Source: an uncultured Chloroflexia bacterium
GTDB lineage: Bacteria; Chloroflexota; Ktedonobacteria; Ktedonobacterales; JADMIN01
Assembly: GCA_963718915.1 (NCBI GenBank)
Contig: CAVRAI010000004.1
Location: 990,001-1,022,000 of the forward strand
Reading direction: 5' to 3'
Length of the DNA: 32,000 nucleotides
The notes beneath the pieces were generated by a model. That model searched no databases and was not told the DNA's origin. It saw only the letters and a program-made list of their open reading frames with translations. Below, piece after piece: positions 30,731 through 32,000 of this stretch (position 1 is the stretch's first letter; each line of letters starts with the position of its first letter). Both the position numbers and the translations under genes were made by a program.

Positions 30731-31534
30731 ATGAAGCTGTTGGTGGTGGACAGCGATCGCGACATGGTGGAGATGGTAACAGGCTGGCTAAGAACTCGAG
30801 GTTACGAAGTTCACCATGCCTTTACCCACGAGCGTGCAAGACAGGTTTGGCTTGACAAGCGACCAGATGTTGTCATTATTGACCCTGAGAATCACGGCAA
30901 TGATCCGCTAGCCATGTGTCGTGAGATGCGCGATGCACATGATGCGCTGGTGCTCGTGTTTACTACGACAAATGGTGAAGATGCCGAGTCGGCATACCTC
31001 GAAAGTGGTGCGGATAGCTTCCTCGCAAAGCCTTTTCTCCCACGACAACTGCTCGCGCATCTGCGCGCGTTGAGTCGTCGCGTCCGTTCGACGCTGGTGC
31101 GCAATCCTTCAACAATCATTGATGTTGGTCCACTGCGTGTGGATACTGTCCGACACGAGGTCGTGCGTGATGGCAAGGTTGTACGCCTGACGCCGACGGA
31201 AAGCCGATTGTTGCACCTGCTTGCGGCGAACGCCAACGATATCTGTACGCTCGATCAGATCGTGGTGCATGTCTGGGGATTTGGCGAATCTGGTGACAAC
31301 TATTTGGTGAAGGCGCACATTCGCCATCTTCGCGAAAAGATTGAGCCTGTGCCGGGCAAGCCCCAGTTCATTCTGACATCGCCTGGTGTCGGATACATGC
31401 TCAAGCGCCATGTTGTTGAGGTAAGTCCATCCTTTGAGGAAGCGCACAGCCACGAAGAGCGACAGGCTCCTTCTGCAAGCTCTGCGCCTGCCAGTCCAGC
31501 ACCGTCGCGGGTCATCCCAGGATTTGTACCGTAG
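30731..31534 (+). CDS. OmpR/PhoB-family response regulator (receiver plus winged-helix domain) with Ser/Ala/Pro-rich C-terminal tail
   Basis: ATG 30731 has GGAGG (30721-30725) upstream. Receiver strings are KLLVVDSD, DVVIIDP, LVFTTT and LAKPF. The wHTH region is LRVDTVRHEVVRDGKVVRLTPTESRLLHLLAANANDICTLDQIV..VWG......YLVKAHIRHLREKIE...ILTSPGVGYMLK. No histidine kinase flanks it within the window. Confidence 0.85.
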   Translation: MKLLVVDSDRDMVEMVTGWLRTRGYEVHHAFTHERARQVWLDKRPDVVIIDPENHGNDPLAMCREMRDAHDALVLVFTTTNGEDAESAYLESGADSFLAKPFLPRQLLAHLRALSRRVRSTLVRNPSTIIDVGPLRVDTVRHEVVRDGKVVRLTPTESRLLHLLAANANDICTLDQIVVHVWGFGESGDNYLVKAHIRHLREKIEPVPGKPQFILTSPGVGYMLKRHVVEVSPSFEEAHSHEERQAPSASSAPASPAPSRVIPGFVP

Positions 31535-31571
31535 CATGTTGTGAAGCGCGCATTGTCTGGTGATTAAGAGT

Positions 31572-31604
31572 TGCCCCATACGTTCTACCAGCGCGTGTGG
31601 GGCA
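31572..31604 (+). terminator. Weak terminator-like hairpin after the response regulator
   Basis: TGCCCCA (31572-31578) pairs with TGGGGCA (31598-31604) across a 19-nt loop, followed by TTGTTATAT. It starts 38 nt after the stop codon. Confidence 0.3.
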
Positions 31605-32000
31605 TTGTTATATCACCGTCACACAATGACGCTGAATCGCCATTGCCCGACTTGCGTCCGCTAAGTATCTCCTCCAGCTTGCTGAAATAATGTTGATTAT
31701 TGCCACATCATGACATAATTGCCTCTTGACAGGTATACACTCATCGATCCAGGCGAAGACATCTGGACATGTTGCGAAATCGCCTCGCTCTGCCGATTTG
31801 ACGTCCCACCACTTCAGAACATATAGTGTTGGCAAACGACCATGCACACTCCATGAGAACCCCGCTCTGGACTTGTGCGCGCTGCAAACTCATCGTCGCA
31901 GGCTCACGTACTGTTTCAGATCACCGACGGCGAAGTCGGCTTGCAGCTGATAATGTCATGTAGCGCAAACCGTGTAGTGCGAGGTTGGGTCTACGTACAC

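Noticed and set aside
30291-30734. ORFs 30291..30599 (minus) and 30489..30734 (plus) in the region upstream of the response regulator
   Set aside because: Their composition is Cys/Pro/Ser-rich and not protein-like. Neither has an SD, and the two overlap each other. The region looks non-coding.
31608-31847. 79-aa minus-strand ORF after the response regulator, considered as a possible transposase remnant
   Set aside because: It has no DDE or HTH motif that I can recognise. It starts at GTG with a stop 14 codons upstream and lies in low-GC sequence. The evidence is insufficient to call it.

Overview
This is a 32-kb window from a moderately GC-rich bacterial chromosome. All calls come from reading ORFs and motifs by eye; no database search was possible. 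The split Wzz/kinase pair and general protein style hint at a monoderm, perhaps Chloroflexota-like organism, but this is unverified. Nt 1-8400 holds ordinary genes: a 5'-truncated metallophosphoesterase, a SAM methyltransferase, a frameshifted APH/CotS-like kinase, a META-domain lipoprotein, a decayed SGNH fragment, tRNA-Gln(CUG), a HAD hydrolase, an acidic hypothetical protein, an M55 (DppA-like) peptidase, and a histidine phosphatase plus phosphotransferase pair. Nt 8617-30196 is the interesting part. It is a roughly 21.6-kb Wzx/Wzy-type polysaccharide locus in four transcription units. Unit A (minus strand) encodes an FMO-like flavoprotein, an ATP-grasp ligase and a Wzx flippase fused to a hexapeptide acetyltransferase. 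Unit B (plus strand) encodes Wzz, a BY-kinase-like ATPase without a Tyr tail, an untracked 44-aa two-TM peptide, an O-antigen ligase/polymerase-like protein, GT4, a GT2 with processive-synthase motifs, GT4, a WbpD-like acetyltransferase and a CE4-like protein. Unit C (minus strand) encodes a DegT-type aminotransferase, a Gfo/Idh/MocA oxidoreductase, a frameshifted FemAB-like aminoacyl transferase and a secreted GH-discoidin-SGNH enzyme. Unit D (plus strand) is a small priming phosphoglycosyl transferase. An orphan OmpR-type response regulator follows at 30731-31534. Both broken genes are broken at dinucleotide microsatellites, (GT)5 and (CG)4. The long intergenic regions carry helical-phase direct repeats and strong hairpins. 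No rRNA, CRISPR, transposase or phage genes were seen.
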